From Candidatus Bathyarchaeia archaeon (GTDB lineage Archaea > Thermoproteota > CALKCG01 > B24): DNA of 64,000 bases. Both the position numbers and the translations under genes were made by a program. The notes below the pieces were generated by a model, which did no database searches, had not been told where the DNA came from, and was given only the letters and a program-made list of their open reading frames with translations. The stretch spans positions 256,001 to 320,000 of the forward strand of contig JAVZJD010000001.1 in NCBI GenBank assembly GCA_038870975.1. The letters are read 5' to 3'. Of the stretch, positions 1-9,422 are shown piece after piece. The stretch's first letter is position 1; each line of letters starts with the position of its first letter.

Positions 1-2
1 AC

Positions 3-1205
3 CTCGTAATAGATCTTGCAAAGCGAATTGAAAACAGAGCCTTAAACGAAAAACCACCGTCTGGTTTTACCGAGAGAGAGTACCTTGTGAAGATAGTCTA
101 TGATGAGATTGTGAGTCTTTTAGGTGGAGAAGGTGTTCCGCCTTTCACGATAAAACCAGGTAGGTTAAATGTCTACATGCTTGTTGGCTTACAGGGCTCA
201 GGTAAAACTACAACCGCTTGCAAACTCGCTTTTTACTACCAGAAAAGAGGAGTCAAATGCGGGCTTATATGTGCAGACGTCTACAGACCAGGAGCATACC
301 ATCAACTTAAACAGTTGGGGGATATGGTCAACATACCGGTTTATGGAGAACCAGATGGGAAAGACCCTGTTAAAATATCGTTAAATGGTTTAAAATTCTT
401 CCGTGATGGTAAACGCGAACTTGTGATAATAGATACTGCTGGAAGACATAAGGATGAAGAATCGCTTATGAGGGAAGTGAAAGAGCTTCATGAGGCCATA
501 AAACCTGATGAAGTTATTCTAACGATCGACGCTACGATAGGTCAGCAAGCCTATAATCAGGCTAAAGCATTCCATGAAACGGTTAAAGTCGGTTCTATAA
601 TATTGACTAAAATGGACGGTTCTGCAAGAGGAGGGGGAGCATTATCGGCGGTAGTTGCTACAGGGGCGCCTATAAGGCTTATAGGTATCGGTGAAAAAAT
701 TGAGGATTTAGAGGTATTTAACCCTAGAAGGTTTGTCGCCAGATTATTGGGATTTGGGGATATTGAAGGACTTATAGAGAAGTTTAAACAAGCTGAAATC
801 AAGGTTTCTGAAAAAGAGGCTAAAGAAGTTTTAACTGGAAAGTTTACGCTTGAAGATCTGTATAAACAGATGGAGAACTTGAGAAAAATGGGGCCTCTCA
901 AATCCATCGTAAGTCATCTACCCGGTTTCGCCTACAGTCTTCCAAATGGATCTCTCGAAGAGGTTGAAGTAAAGATGGATAAGTGGAAGGCTATAATAGA
1001 GTCTATGACTAGAGAGGAGAGAATAAACCCTAGGATTTTAAACTCTTCGAGAATACGTAGAATAGCCCGCGGTGCTGGAGTTGCTGAAAAAGAGGTAAAA
1101 GACCTAGTTAAATATTATGAGCAGACTGTTAGGCTTCTAAAAGCTATGCGTAGCAGAAGAGACTTGCTGAGAATGGGGAGACTATTTAGTTCAAATGTAT
1201 CTTAA
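3..1205 (+). CDS. srp54: Signal recognition particle protein Srp54 (5'-truncated by window edge)
   Basis: Frame open from position 3; GLQGSGKTT, DVYRPGA, DTAGR, TKMDG GTPase motifs; M domain (SMT..ER..P, SRIRRIARGAG). Confidence 0.97.
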   Translation, partial: LVIDLAKRIENRALNEKPPSGFTEREYLVKIVYDEIVSLLGGEGVPPFTIKPGRLNVYMLVGLQGSGKTTTACKLAFYYQKRGVKCGLICADVYRPGAYHQLKQLGDMVNIPVYGEPDGKDPVKISLNGLKFFRDGKRELVIIDTAGRHKDEESLMREVKELHEAIKPDEVILTIDATIGQQAYNQAKAFHETVKVGSIILTKMDGSARGGGALSAVVATGAPIRLIGIGEKIEDLEVFNPRRFVARLLGFGDIEGLIEKFKQAEIKVSEKEAKEVLTGKFTLEDLYKQMENLRKMGPLKSIVSHLPGFAYSLPNGSLEEVEVKMDKWKAIIESMTREERINPRILNSSRIRRIARGAGVAEKEVKDLVKYYEQTVRLLKAMRSRRDLLRMGRLFSSNVS

Positions 1206-1345
1206 CTGGCGCTCAACACTAAGTTCACTTAACAATTTTCCTAATGTGGACTGTAAATCTGGCATTTTAGAATTGACAGTTTAAGGAAATGCTTAAAAGA
1301 GCGCGATTCATTATCAAAAATGTTTGAAAACAGGGGGGAGCATTA

Positions 1346-1636
1346 ACGCCCTATTCCAAGGGTTTTAGAAGAAAAACTAGACAACTTTTACGTCTTAGGA
1401 GACGAGAGAATCCGCTCAAAGTAACCTCTATCTTGAGAGAGTATAAACTAGATGAGCCTGTTGTAATTGATATAAATCCGAGTATTCATAAAGGTATGCC
1501 TCATAGAAGGTACCACGGTAGGGTTGGAATAGTTACTGGAAAAAGAGGAAGGGCTTATATATTGAAGATGACGATAGGAAGCGTGGAGAAGACTCTCATA
1601 GTTAGACCAGAGCATCTGAAACCATTAACTCATTAA
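1346..1636 (+). CDS. rpl21e: 50S ribosomal protein eL21; true N-terminus (xPYSKGFRRKTRQLL) begins at an ACG codon
   Basis: HKGMPHRRYHGRVG and VRPEHLKP motifs; in-frame extension upstream of the 1433 TTG encodes the conserved SKGxRxKTR start; SD-like GGGGGGAG at 1333-1340. Confidence 0.93.
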   Translation, partial: TPYSKGFRRKTRQLLRLRRRENPLKVTSILREYKLDEPVVIDINPSIHKGMPHRRYHGRVGIVTGKRGRAYILKMTIGSVEKTLIVRPEHLKPLTH

Positions 1637-1663
1637 AATCTAATTTGATGGGGGAGGGATAGA

Positions 1664-2005
1664 ATGGTTCTCAGGAAAATCAAAGAGGTAGATATAACTA
1701 TAGCTGAAGCATATAGCATACTTAAGGATTTAAAAAACCCCAATCCATTCCAAGCTAGAGTTTTAGAATACGCACGTAAAATGACTAAAGTGGACCCCTC
1801 AAAAGCATCTGAGCTTATTGATAAGTTGATAAATGAATTCAATATTGAGCGTGATAGAGCCGTACAAATAGTTAATGTTATGCCCGAAAGTGTTGAAGAG
1901 CTTAGAATATTCTTCACAGGTTTAAAAGGTAAACTGATAACGACTTCTCAACTTAAAAAGATATTAGAATTGCTAAATGAGTATAGGCTTCAAGAGGCAA
2001 TCTGA
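1664..2005 (+). CDS. rpoF: RNA polymerase subunit Rpo4/RpoF
   Basis: LEYARK, AVQIVNVMPESVEELR motifs; conserved rpl21e-rpoF-DUF655-ksgA order. Confidence 0.93.
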   Translation: MVLRKIKEVDITIAEAYSILKDLKNPNPFQARVLEYARKMTKVDPSKASELIDKLINEFNIERDRAVQIVNVMPESVEELRIFFTGLKGKLITTSQLKKILELLNEYRLQEAI

Positions 2006-2024
2006 ATTTTCGGTATAATTTGAG

Positions 2025-2600
2025 GTGTTATTATTAATGAAGACCCAGAAGCCGTATGAAGATTACGGCTATATATTAAACATTCTTCCATATCCTTCTA
2101 GAAGAGCACCTAAAATAGTTCAATTTGCGGGAAGTTGTGTAGAGATAATAGGCGAGAGGTATTTTACCTTATTGGAGGGTGTTCTCAAGAAAAATGCCTC
2201 TGTAACGGTAGGTGAAAGAGTTGCTTTAACTAGAGGACCTGAAAGTAAGATTGCATTTATAATTGGACGGTTAAGTTACCGTGAACTTTCTGGGCCAGCT
2301 CAAGCAGAAGTTCCGGAAATTGTAGAGAAAATAATAGCCTTCAATGAAAAGGAATTTGTAGAGTTTTTTAACAAATCCCAACCGATAAGCCCTAGAATGC
2401 ATGCTCTAGAATTGATACCAGGTGTTGGAAAGAAACACATGTTAACTATATTAAGAGAGAGAAGTATAAACCCCTTCAAATCCTTTAAAGATATAAAGGA
2501 ACGGACTGGGATACCCGATCCCATTAAGCTTTTAACCAAAAGAGTTTTAGAGGAACTCATGGAGGAGAACCCAAAGTATAGACTTTTCGTAAAAGCTTAG
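2025..2600 (+). CDS. DUF655 family RNA-binding protein (OB + HhH)
   Basis: IGERYFTLLE, FFNKSQPISPRMHALELIPGVGKK; conserved position after rpoF. Confidence 0.9.
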   Translation: MLLLMKTQKPYEDYGYILNILPYPSRRAPKIVQFAGSCVEIIGERYFTLLEGVLKKNASVTVGERVALTRGPESKIAFIIGRLSYRELSGPAQAEVPEIVEKIIAFNEKEFVEFFNKSQPISPRMHALELIPGVGKKHMLTILRERSINPFKSFKDIKERTGIPDPIKLLTKRVLEELMEENPKYRLFVKA

Positions 2601-2989
2601 AATATTCAATGATTCGATATTCATCACCTCCCATGAACTTCTCTTCATTTCAAACTCTTCTATTTCACACCTAGCGTTTAATTATCCATGGACATGTTAA
2701 TTCCAAGGCCTTACACACCGCTGCGTAAGTTTTTATCTCCCATTCTCTAAGATTATGGAAGTTTAAAGCAACTTTCCGAGAAGCTTGAGAATACGGAAAA
2801 GAAATAGTATAATAGTTCTATCCATGGAAAAATCTATGAGGGTCTACCGCACCTTAAAGAATCCCTGGAATGCTGTTATAATAACCCGTGAAAGCGCGGT
2901 AAAGCTAGAACCCTACCAGGTAAGTAAAGACATGGTTGTGGATGTGACGAATAATAGTTTTTAGAAGGCAGAAGTAACACATATAATTT

Positions 2990-3808
2990 TTGAGAGAAAG
3001 GTTAACCATGGATTTTAAAGATGTTGTTCAAACACTCATAAGAGTTGGAATCATTTCTCCTAAGAGAAGACTCGGCCAATATTTTATGGTTGATGAGAAT
3101 ATTCTACGTAGACTTGTAGATTATGCTTATATTTCAAATGGAGACGTCGTTTTGGAAATTGGTGCTGGGATAGGTCTTCTAACGAAATTACTATCTGAAA
3201 AAGCAAAGACTGTGTATGCTGTTGAGTTAGATCACAAGCTTGTAAACTATTTGAAAAGTAGGTTTCCTGATGGATCTAATGTTAAAATAGTCGAAGGAGA
3301 CTTCCTTAAAATTGGAATAAAGGGATTTAATAAAGTTGTTTCAAATCCTCCATACGCAATATCAACTCCAATGATTCTTAAACTCATCAAAGAAAAACCA
3401 GACATTATTGTTTTAACTCTTCAAGAAGAGTTTGCTAGAAAATTATGCGCTAAACCAGGAGATACGGAATATGGTAGGTTAACAGTCCTAACTTATTTAA
3501 ATTACGAAGTTGAAATTATGGAGAAGATTCCCAGAGAAGCTTTCTATCCGCGAAGTAAGGTCAATAGTGTCGCCGTTAGACTCAAACTTAAAACTCATGC
3601 TTTAGACTCTGTAGCTTTTGAAAACGCTGAAAAAATTGTAACTAAAGCGTTCAGTCTGAGGAATAAAACGCTGAACGCCTTCATTAAAAAAACATTCCCA
3701 AATATGCAATTACACTATGACCCTAAGATCAGAGTGTATCAGACTCCTCCGGAAGTTTTCTTAGAAATTGCGGAACGTTTTTTAAGAAGGCAAATCGATA
3801 AAAATTAA
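2990..3808 (+). CDS. ksgA: 16S rRNA adenine dimethyltransferase (likely start ATG 3008)
   Basis: LGQYF, VLEIGAGIG SAM motif, SNPPY, YGRLTV. Confidence 0.95.
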   Translation: MRERLTMDFKDVVQTLIRVGIISPKRRLGQYFMVDENILRRLVDYAYISNGDVVLEIGAGIGLLTKLLSEKAKTVYAVELDHKLVNYLKSRFPDGSNVKIVEGDFLKIGIKGFNKVVSNPPYAISTPMILKLIKEKPDIIVLTLQEEFARKLCAKPGDTEYGRLTVLTYLNYEVEIMEKIPREAFYPRSKVNSVAVRLKLKTHALDSVAFENAEKIVTKAFSLRNKTLNAFIKKTFPNMQLHYDPKIRVYQTPPEVFLEIAERFLRRQIDKN

Positions 3809-3819
3809 TGTGAGCGGCT

Positions 3820-4314
3820 TTGAAGGCAAGAAACTTTAGGAAAATTTCTGGTTCAGCGTATACTAGACGGGAATATATTGGAGGAGCCCCTCAGAGTAAA
3901 GTAGTTCATCTTACAATGGGAGACCCTAATGGGAATTTTAAATATGAAGCTAGGCTTATAGCGCTTGAAGACGCACAGGTAAGACATAATGCTCTAGAAG
4001 CGGCTAGAATGGCTGTTAACAAGTTTCTAGAAGAAAAGCTAGGTGACAAAGGATATTTTTTAAAAATATCCGTATACCCACATCATGTTCTTAGAGAGCA
4101 TAAAGTTATGACTGGAGCTGGAGCCGATAGGCTTTCAGAAGGTATGCGGAGAGCATTTGGTAGGCCTGTAGGGCTAGCTGCTAGAGTTAAAAAAGGACAG
4201 AACATAATAATACTTCGTACTACTGAAAACGGATTAAGCTATGCTAAGGAAGCTCTAACCAGAGGAGCTAGTAAAATGCCCATTCCTACACGGATTGACG
4301 TGGTAACACTATAA
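3820..4314 (+). CDS. rpl10e: 50S ribosomal protein uL16 (L10e)
   Basis: YTRREYI, QVRHNALEAAR, GAGADRLSEGMRRAFGRP. Confidence 0.97.
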   Translation: MKARNFRKISGSAYTRREYIGGAPQSKVVHLTMGDPNGNFKYEARLIALEDAQVRHNALEAARMAVNKFLEEKLGDKGYFLKISVYPHHVLREHKVMTGAGADRLSEGMRRAFGRPVGLAARVKKGQNIIILRTTENGLSYAKEALTRGASKMPIPTRIDVVTL

Positions 4315-4335
4315 ACGCTATGTAGACGATTAGAG

Positions 4336-5346
4336 GTGTTCATCTTCTGCTGTTTAAGACTTGAAGAAGATGAGATTCAGAGGGAAGTCGTCTCTAGAGG
4401 TTTTAAACGCATTTTAGTTCAAGCTCCTGAAGGTCTTAGACCTCACTTGAAAAAATTAATCGAAAAGCTTAGAGAATGCGGAGCTACTATTTTGCTTTCC
4501 GGAAATCCATGTTTTGGCTCTTGCAACGTGGCTCTAACAGAGGCTGAGAAGCTTAAAGCAGATGTGATAATTCACATTGGACACAGTCCAATAATCTCAT
4601 ATGCAAATATCCCAGTCTTGTATTTTGACGCTATGTGTGTTCCCACATTCGAAGAAGGTCTTAGAATGTTTAAAGAGGAGATTAAAAATGCTGGTAGGAA
4701 AGTGGCATTATTCTCAAACCTCCAGTTTGTAGGATGTTTAGAGGAAGTACGTAGTGTTCTCGAAAGCTGGGGTTTAGAAGTCTCAATAGGAAGAGGAGAA
4801 GGTGTTAAATATCCAGGTCAGGTTTTAGGCTGTAATTATACAGCTCCCTTGAGTGTTGAAAGATATGTAGACTTCTTCCTGTTCGTAGGAGATGGAAAAT
4901 TTCACCCCTTAGGATTGGCGTTACTTACCAATAAGAGGGTTTTAACATTAAACCCGGTAACTTCCTCGCTTCAAGATATGTCAGAGTTAAAGCGTAGATA
5001 CCTGAGAAAAATCTACGCATCAATAGTCAAGGCGAGAGAAGGGAAAATTTTTGGAGTACTTGTTGGACTTGAGCCTGGACAATTTAGACTTGAGAATGCC
5101 GAAGGGATTAAAAAACTCATTGAAGCCACGGGTAGGGAAGCCTATCTTATAGGCTTCAACTATTTGGACCCAGGTTTCTTGGAAGCATACACATGGATAG
5201 ATGTATTCGTCAATACCGCTTGTCCAAGACTTTCGATAGAAGATTCAGATAGAATTAGTAAGCCTATTTTAAATACGGCTGAACTTTTAGTAGCACTGGG
5301 CTTAACTAGTTGGGAGGAGTATGTTGGAGAACATTCCAAAGCGTAG
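4336..5346 (+). CDS. dph2: Diphthamide biosynthesis Fe-S enzyme Dph2
   Basis: QAPEGL, CFGSC, HIGHS, GQVLGC, GDGKFH, TACPR. Confidence 0.93.
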   Translation: MFIFCCLRLEEDEIQREVVSRGFKRILVQAPEGLRPHLKKLIEKLRECGATILLSGNPCFGSCNVALTEAEKLKADVIIHIGHSPIISYANIPVLYFDAMCVPTFEEGLRMFKEEIKNAGRKVALFSNLQFVGCLEEVRSVLESWGLEVSIGRGEGVKYPGQVLGCNYTAPLSVERYVDFFLFVGDGKFHPLGLALLTNKRVLTLNPVTSSLQDMSELKRRYLRKIYASIVKAREGKIFGVLVGLEPGQFRLENAEGIKKLIEATGREAYLIGFNYLDPGFLEAYTWIDVFVNTACPRLSIEDSDRISKPILNTAELLVALGLTSWEEYVGEHSKA

Positions 5347-5950
5347 AGAACTTGAAATATTGCTTAATGGTCTTAAAGCCCATCCATCACCAAACAGACT
5401 TCTGGAGCAGTATACAATACCAGCTGACTTAGCAGCTAAAATTCTATCAGTAGCTACATATGTCTATGGTGATATCTCAGGTAAAATCGTATTTGACTTT
5501 GGATGTGGAACTGGTAGATTATCCATAGGTGCGGCTATTCTAGGAGCCGAATATGTTGTAGGTTTTGATATAGACAGAGTTGCTCTAGAGGTAGCTAAAT
5601 TGAATTCTGTTAAAGCTGGAGTTTCAGGTAGAACTGACTGGGTTTTATGTGACATAGCTAAGGTTAAAGGATACTGTGATACCGTTATTCAAAACCCCCC
5701 ATTTGGAACCGGATTTAGAGGAGCTGATAGAATATTTCTAAAGAAGGCACTAGAGGTTGGACATGTGATATATACGATTCATAAAAGTGAAACTGATGAG
5801 TTTATTAGGAAGCTTGTAGAAGAATATGGTGGTTCAATTTCGGTAGTATTTAGGTCTTCAATAAACATACCTAGAATGTTTGAATTTCACAGAAGGAGGT
5901 TTTACAAGTTTCAGGTGAATGTGTATCGGATTGAGGTGAAACACGTTTGA
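5321..5950 (+). CDS. METTL5-family N6-adenine RNA methyltransferase
   Basis: LEQY, DFGCGTG, NPPFG, PRMFEFH motifs. Confidence 0.9.
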   Translation: MLENIPKRRELEILLNGLKAHPSPNRLLEQYTIPADLAAKILSVATYVYGDISGKIVFDFGCGTGRLSIGAAILGAEYVVGFDIDRVALEVAKLNSVKAGVSGRTDWVLCDIAKVKGYCDTVIQNPPFGTGFRGADRIFLKKALEVGHVIYTIHKSETDEFIRKLVEEYGGSISVVFRSSINIPRMFEFHRRRFYKFQVNVYRIEVKHV

Positions 5951-6525
5951 TGGGGAGGCTGAAGAATAGAATCGTCGTCCCAGGAGATAAGATAGGTGTC
6001 ATAGAGGAATACATTCCTCGCGATGGAGCTTATGAATATAACAATGAAATTCTATCATGTTTAGTTGGATTTTTGGAGGAGGACGTTGAAAAACATACGG
6101 TTAGTGTAAAGACTGAAAGACGAAATTTGCTTCCAAAACCTGGAGATGTAGTATATGGTGTTGTCGTGACGGCTTCCGAGAAAAACGCATCGGTCATGAT
6201 AATATCCGTAAATAATAGATTACTTAACTATTACTTTTCAGGTTTAATACAGACTAGGTTATTTTCCATGAATAATGTGAAAAGCGTTAGAGGAGCAATT
6301 AAACCAGGAGATTTGGTGAAGTGTGAAGTCCTAAGTTACAATAATGACGTCTATCACTTAATGATGCATAAACCGGAGTTTGGAGTAGTTTACGCTCTAT
6401 GTACGAAGTGTGGAGGAGTATTAGTAAGAAGCGGGAGAGGACTCAAGTGTCAGATTTGTGGCAATGTTGAAGGCCGTAAGATTGCTAACGATTATGGTGT
6501 TATTAAATTGGGGTGTTTTACATGA
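5947..6525 (+). CDS. csl4: Exosome RNA-binding subunit Csl4
   Basis: VVPGDKIG..EEY, S1 domain, C-terminal CxxC..CxxC and ExRK; precedes rpoL. Confidence 0.92.
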   Translation: MMGRLKNRIVVPGDKIGVIEEYIPRDGAYEYNNEILSCLVGFLEEDVEKHTVSVKTERRNLLPKPGDVVYGVVVTASEKNASVMIISVNNRLLNYYFSGLIQTRLFSMNNVKSVRGAIKPGDLVKCEVLSYNNDVYHLMMHKPEFGVVYALCTKCGGVLVRSGRGLKCQICGNVEGRKIANDYGVIKLGCFT

Positions 6526-6812
6526 AAATTCAAGTTTTAAAGTGGACGGAAAGAGAAATAGAGCTTGAAGTGGAAGGGGAGGGACACACCTTCCTAGGCG
6601 CTCTTCAAAGCATCTTCTTAGAAGACCCTAGAGTCGAGTTTGTAGGATACAATATTCCACACCCATTGATACCTAAAGCTATATTCATGCTAAAAGTTAC
6701 CTTAGGCAATGATGTAAGGACTATATTAAAAGACGGTTTGAGAAATCTAAACATTAGACTTAAAGAACTTGAGGAACGCTTCCTTGAAGCCTATAGAAGT
6801 GTTAAGAAGTAG
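6522..6812 (+). CDS. rpoL: RNA polymerase subunit Rpo11/RpoL
   Basis: EGEGHT, GYNIPHPL; ATG 6522 overlaps csl4 stop (ATGA). Confidence 0.95.
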   Translation: MKIQVLKWTEREIELEVEGEGHTFLGALQSIFLEDPRVEFVGYNIPHPLIPKAIFMLKVTLGNDVRTILKDGLRNLNIRLKELEERFLEAYRSVKK

Positions 6813-6829
6813 CATGAGAGGCTTAATAT

Positions 6830-7213
6830 TTGAAAATTGAAGATATTCTTCGAGACAAAGGGCTAGCACGATTTGGGGATTCTCTAGTTAATTTTCTCTT
6901 TAGCTTAGCAATTACAAGGACTTCAGGTAGGCCTACTGGTTTGAGAATGGATAATAAAATACTTGCAGAAGCCGTTAGAAAATCTACATTAAGAGGCCTT
7001 ATACCCAGGAGAACCGATAGAAAAGCTGTGGGAGATTATGCGGAGGCCATAATAGCTTATGCATGGCTTAAGGGAATCATAACTACAGATGAGTCCATAG
7101 AGATACTTGCAAGAGACCTTGACAATCCCGTTAACGCATTTAAAAATCTCATAGAGAAGATTATGGAGGATTCAATGGAACATGTCGATAAGGACAGTCA
7201 AAAAGGAAATTAG
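6830..7213 (+). CDS. Archaeal ribonuclease III-like protein
   Basis: DKGLARFGDSLVNF and GDYAEAIIAYAW signature; usual position after rpoL. Confidence 0.85.
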   Translation: MKIEDILRDKGLARFGDSLVNFLFSLAITRTSGRPTGLRMDNKILAEAVRKSTLRGLIPRRTDRKAVGDYAEAIIAYAWLKGIITTDESIEILARDLDNPVNAFKNLIEKIMEDSMEHVDKDSQKGN

Positions 7214-7610
7214 AAATCTGAGTTTAACTAAAGTATTGCTAGATGGTAGAACAGATATTTTAGGAGTAGTATACAGGGGCCGTTCTATCATAGATGGTAT
7301 ACTGTATTTTAAATCTGCAGAAGTTGAAAAATATGGTCTCCCGAAGCTTATCAGAGAAAGTAAGCACTTTAAACAGTTGAGAGTTATAGTGTTAAAGTCT
7401 GAAGATGGATTTAACTGCGAGGAACTTTGGAGGGAAACCAATATAGCTATTTTATGTTTAGAAAAAGACGGCATAAAAGTCTACGGCGTAGATAAAGAAA
7501 CAGCTCTTAAAATACTACGCGTAACTTCAGGAAACAACGGCGAGCCTGAAGCTTTAAAAGTTGCTTATAAGCTTAAATCCGCACTAGAGGAAAAATTTAA
7601 AAGAGACTAA
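7182..7610 (+). CDS. DUF99 family (endonuclease V-like) protein, short or divergent
   Basis: KKEIR, GVVYRG...DG, KHFKQLRVI, PEALKVA; conserved context. Confidence 0.7.
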   Translation: MSIRTVKKEIRNLSLTKVLLDGRTDILGVVYRGRSIIDGILYFKSAEVEKYGLPKLIRESKHFKQLRVIVLKSEDGFNCEELWRETNIAILCLEKDGIKVYGVDKETALKILRVTSGNNGEPEALKVAYKLKSALEEKFKRD

Positions 7611-7633
7611 TACTTGTCTCTGAAGAGAGAAAG

Positions 7634-7975
7634 TTGATGGAATTCTGCCCTAAATGTGGAGCGAGAATGATAATTAAGCGTACTGATGAAGGCGTGAAGT
7701 TAGCATGTCCTAAATGTGGATATGAAGAGCTTAGAAAAGTTAAAACTCTACAGGCCAAGTACGAAAATCAAACTAGAGTGTCAAAGGAAACTTTAATAGT
7801 TATAACGAAGGAGAATGAAGACTTATCTACATTGCCTACTACGGATGTTGAATGCCCTAAATGTGGATATGGAAAAGCCTATTGGTGGATTATGCAAACT
7901 AGAAGCGCAGACGAGGCACCGACACAATTCTTTAAATGTAAAAACTGTGGACATGTGTGGAGAGAATACGCATAA
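7634..7975 (+). CDS. tfs: Transcription factor S (TFS)
   Basis: Two Zn ribbons; QTRSADE acidic hairpin intact. Confidence 0.95.
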   Translation: MMEFCPKCGARMIIKRTDEGVKLACPKCGYEELRKVKTLQAKYENQTRVSKETLIVITKENEDLSTLPTTDVECPKCGYGKAYWWIMQTRSADEAPTQFFKCKNCGHVWREYA

Positions 7976-8025
7976 ATAGTGCTTTACCGAGGCAAAATAC
8001 TTCTTCCAAGATATTGGAAAGTTTA

Positions 8026-8418
8026 TCAGCTTTTAACCCTTATAAGTTTTGGTCTACCCATAATTATCCAATATTCCACTTCAACAGAGGGTTTTAGTTT
8101 ATCTTGTAGGTCGGTTTCGATATTTGAAACATCGAAGACTTCAAAACTCTCCAAATCCATGATTTGAGCCGTATTTCCACTTACTGATATTATTTGACCA
8201 TTACGCTTATCTATCAAGGGTACATCTATTTTAGCGTCTACAGGTGACACTATGCTTCTTTTAACGCCGTCGAAAACGCCTATAGCCACCAGTCTGACTT
8301 TAGCACTTCCATGCTTACCCGGTTTAGATTTCTCGATGGTTACTACTCTAGATGGTTCACCATCTATAACTACATACATGCCTTCTTTGAGAGAACCAAT
8401 TTCGACAGGTCGGCTCAT
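8026..8418 (-). CDS. eif5a: Translation factor aIF5A
   Basis: Hypusination motif SKPGKHGSAK. Confidence 0.97.
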   Translation of the reverse strand: MSRPVEIGSLKEGMYVVIDGEPSRVVTIEKSKPGKHGSAKVRLVAIGVFDGVKRSIVSPVDAKIDVPLIDKRNGQIISVSGNTAQIMDLESFEVFDVSNIETDLQDKLKPSVEVEYWIIMGRPKLIRVKS

Positions 8419-8441
8419 TAATAAACACCATCATAAAAATA

Positions 8442-8948
8442 TCAGTAGTTTCCTCTTAAATCTTCCGACTTAAAAACTTCAGGTCTAAGAGAGAGCCTAC
8501 CGTAAGCGTTCAAAATTCTGGCGACGGCTTCATCAATGGTTATTAAAGAGCCTAAGTATACAATATGGCTGAAACAACCGAATCTGCAGTCGGAAGAACC
8601 GAAACCTTTCAGTTGAGGGTTGTGAAGACCGATTTTCGCGATCTCCTTGACGACTGAACACTCCATATTATTCGTAGTTTTACATATTATTACTCTTTCT
8701 ACTGAGGCATCTTCGCTGGAGAGAAGGAAATCTATATGCCACTTTGCCTTTTTATATCTAGATAAATGTCTTCTAATGCGATTTTCAAGGTTTTGCGCCT
8801 TAGATCCCATGGCAGATCCAACGTAAACGTAGAGGCCTTCATCGAATTTTACATAGCCTAAAGCCCCTATTCTAACGGTAGTAGGCTTCCGAATCCTCAA
8901 GATCAAACTGTAACATCCTTTACTACTCGTTTTTCTCACGTTAGACAT
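8442..8948 (-). CDS. GIY-YIG (DUF123) nuclease
   Basis: GCY..YVYVGSA, RIRRH, WHIDFL, GFGSSDC..GC.SH. Confidence 0.85.
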   Translation of the reverse strand: MSNVRKTSSKGCYSLILRIRKPTTVRIGALGYVKFDEGLYVYVGSAMGSKAQNLENRIRRHLSRYKKAKWHIDFLLSSEDASVERVIICKTTNNMECSVVKEIAKIGLHNPQLKGFGSSDCRFGCFSHIVYLGSLITIDEAVARILNAYGRLSLRPEVFKSEDLRGNY

Positions 8949-9015
8949 TCACCGCCTCCACCGAGGAGAAGTTTACATTATGGAGATATTAAACATAAGA
9001 AGCTTAAAACGGCTA

Positions 9016-9390
9016 TTATTCTGTTTTTCCATTCATTTTAATCCAATCAAACCGCGGTGTTAAACCCATTAACATTAAACCTTCCAAAGCTTCTTTAAAC
9101 ATCCAGTAAGGATCTTCTTTCTCAAGAATTAAAACCTTACCCTTCTTGAGAGTATTGAAATGTTTTCTATCCCTTGTTATGAGTACCGCTTCCTTCGATT
9201 CTACAAACTGCCGGATATACTCATCCCCTACATCCAGAGGATATAAATCTCTTAAATGATAAACGTTAACATATCCTAGAACTTTAAGATAGGCTTTCAT
9301 ATAATGTGGGATCATAGCGTCGAGGACTATTACTGGCTCCTCCATTCTTGGATGTAGAAGATGGGGACCGGGTAAATAAATTTTGTACAC
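9016..9390 (-). CDS. PIN-like (Mut7-C/DUF5615-type) domain protein; probable start at MEEPVIVLDAM
   Basis: IVLDAM, L..LGY, D..I, LITRD..F pattern. Confidence 0.65.
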   Translation of the reverse strand: MYKIYLPGPHLLHPRMEEPVIVLDAMIPHYMKAYLKVLGYVNVYHLRDLYPLDVGDEYIRQFVESKEAVLITRDRKHFNTLKKGKVLILEKEDPYWMFKEALEGLMLMGLTPRFDWIKMNGKTE

Positions 9391-9422
9391 TTTTTTATAT
9401 AAAAAAATTCATTGATTTATAC

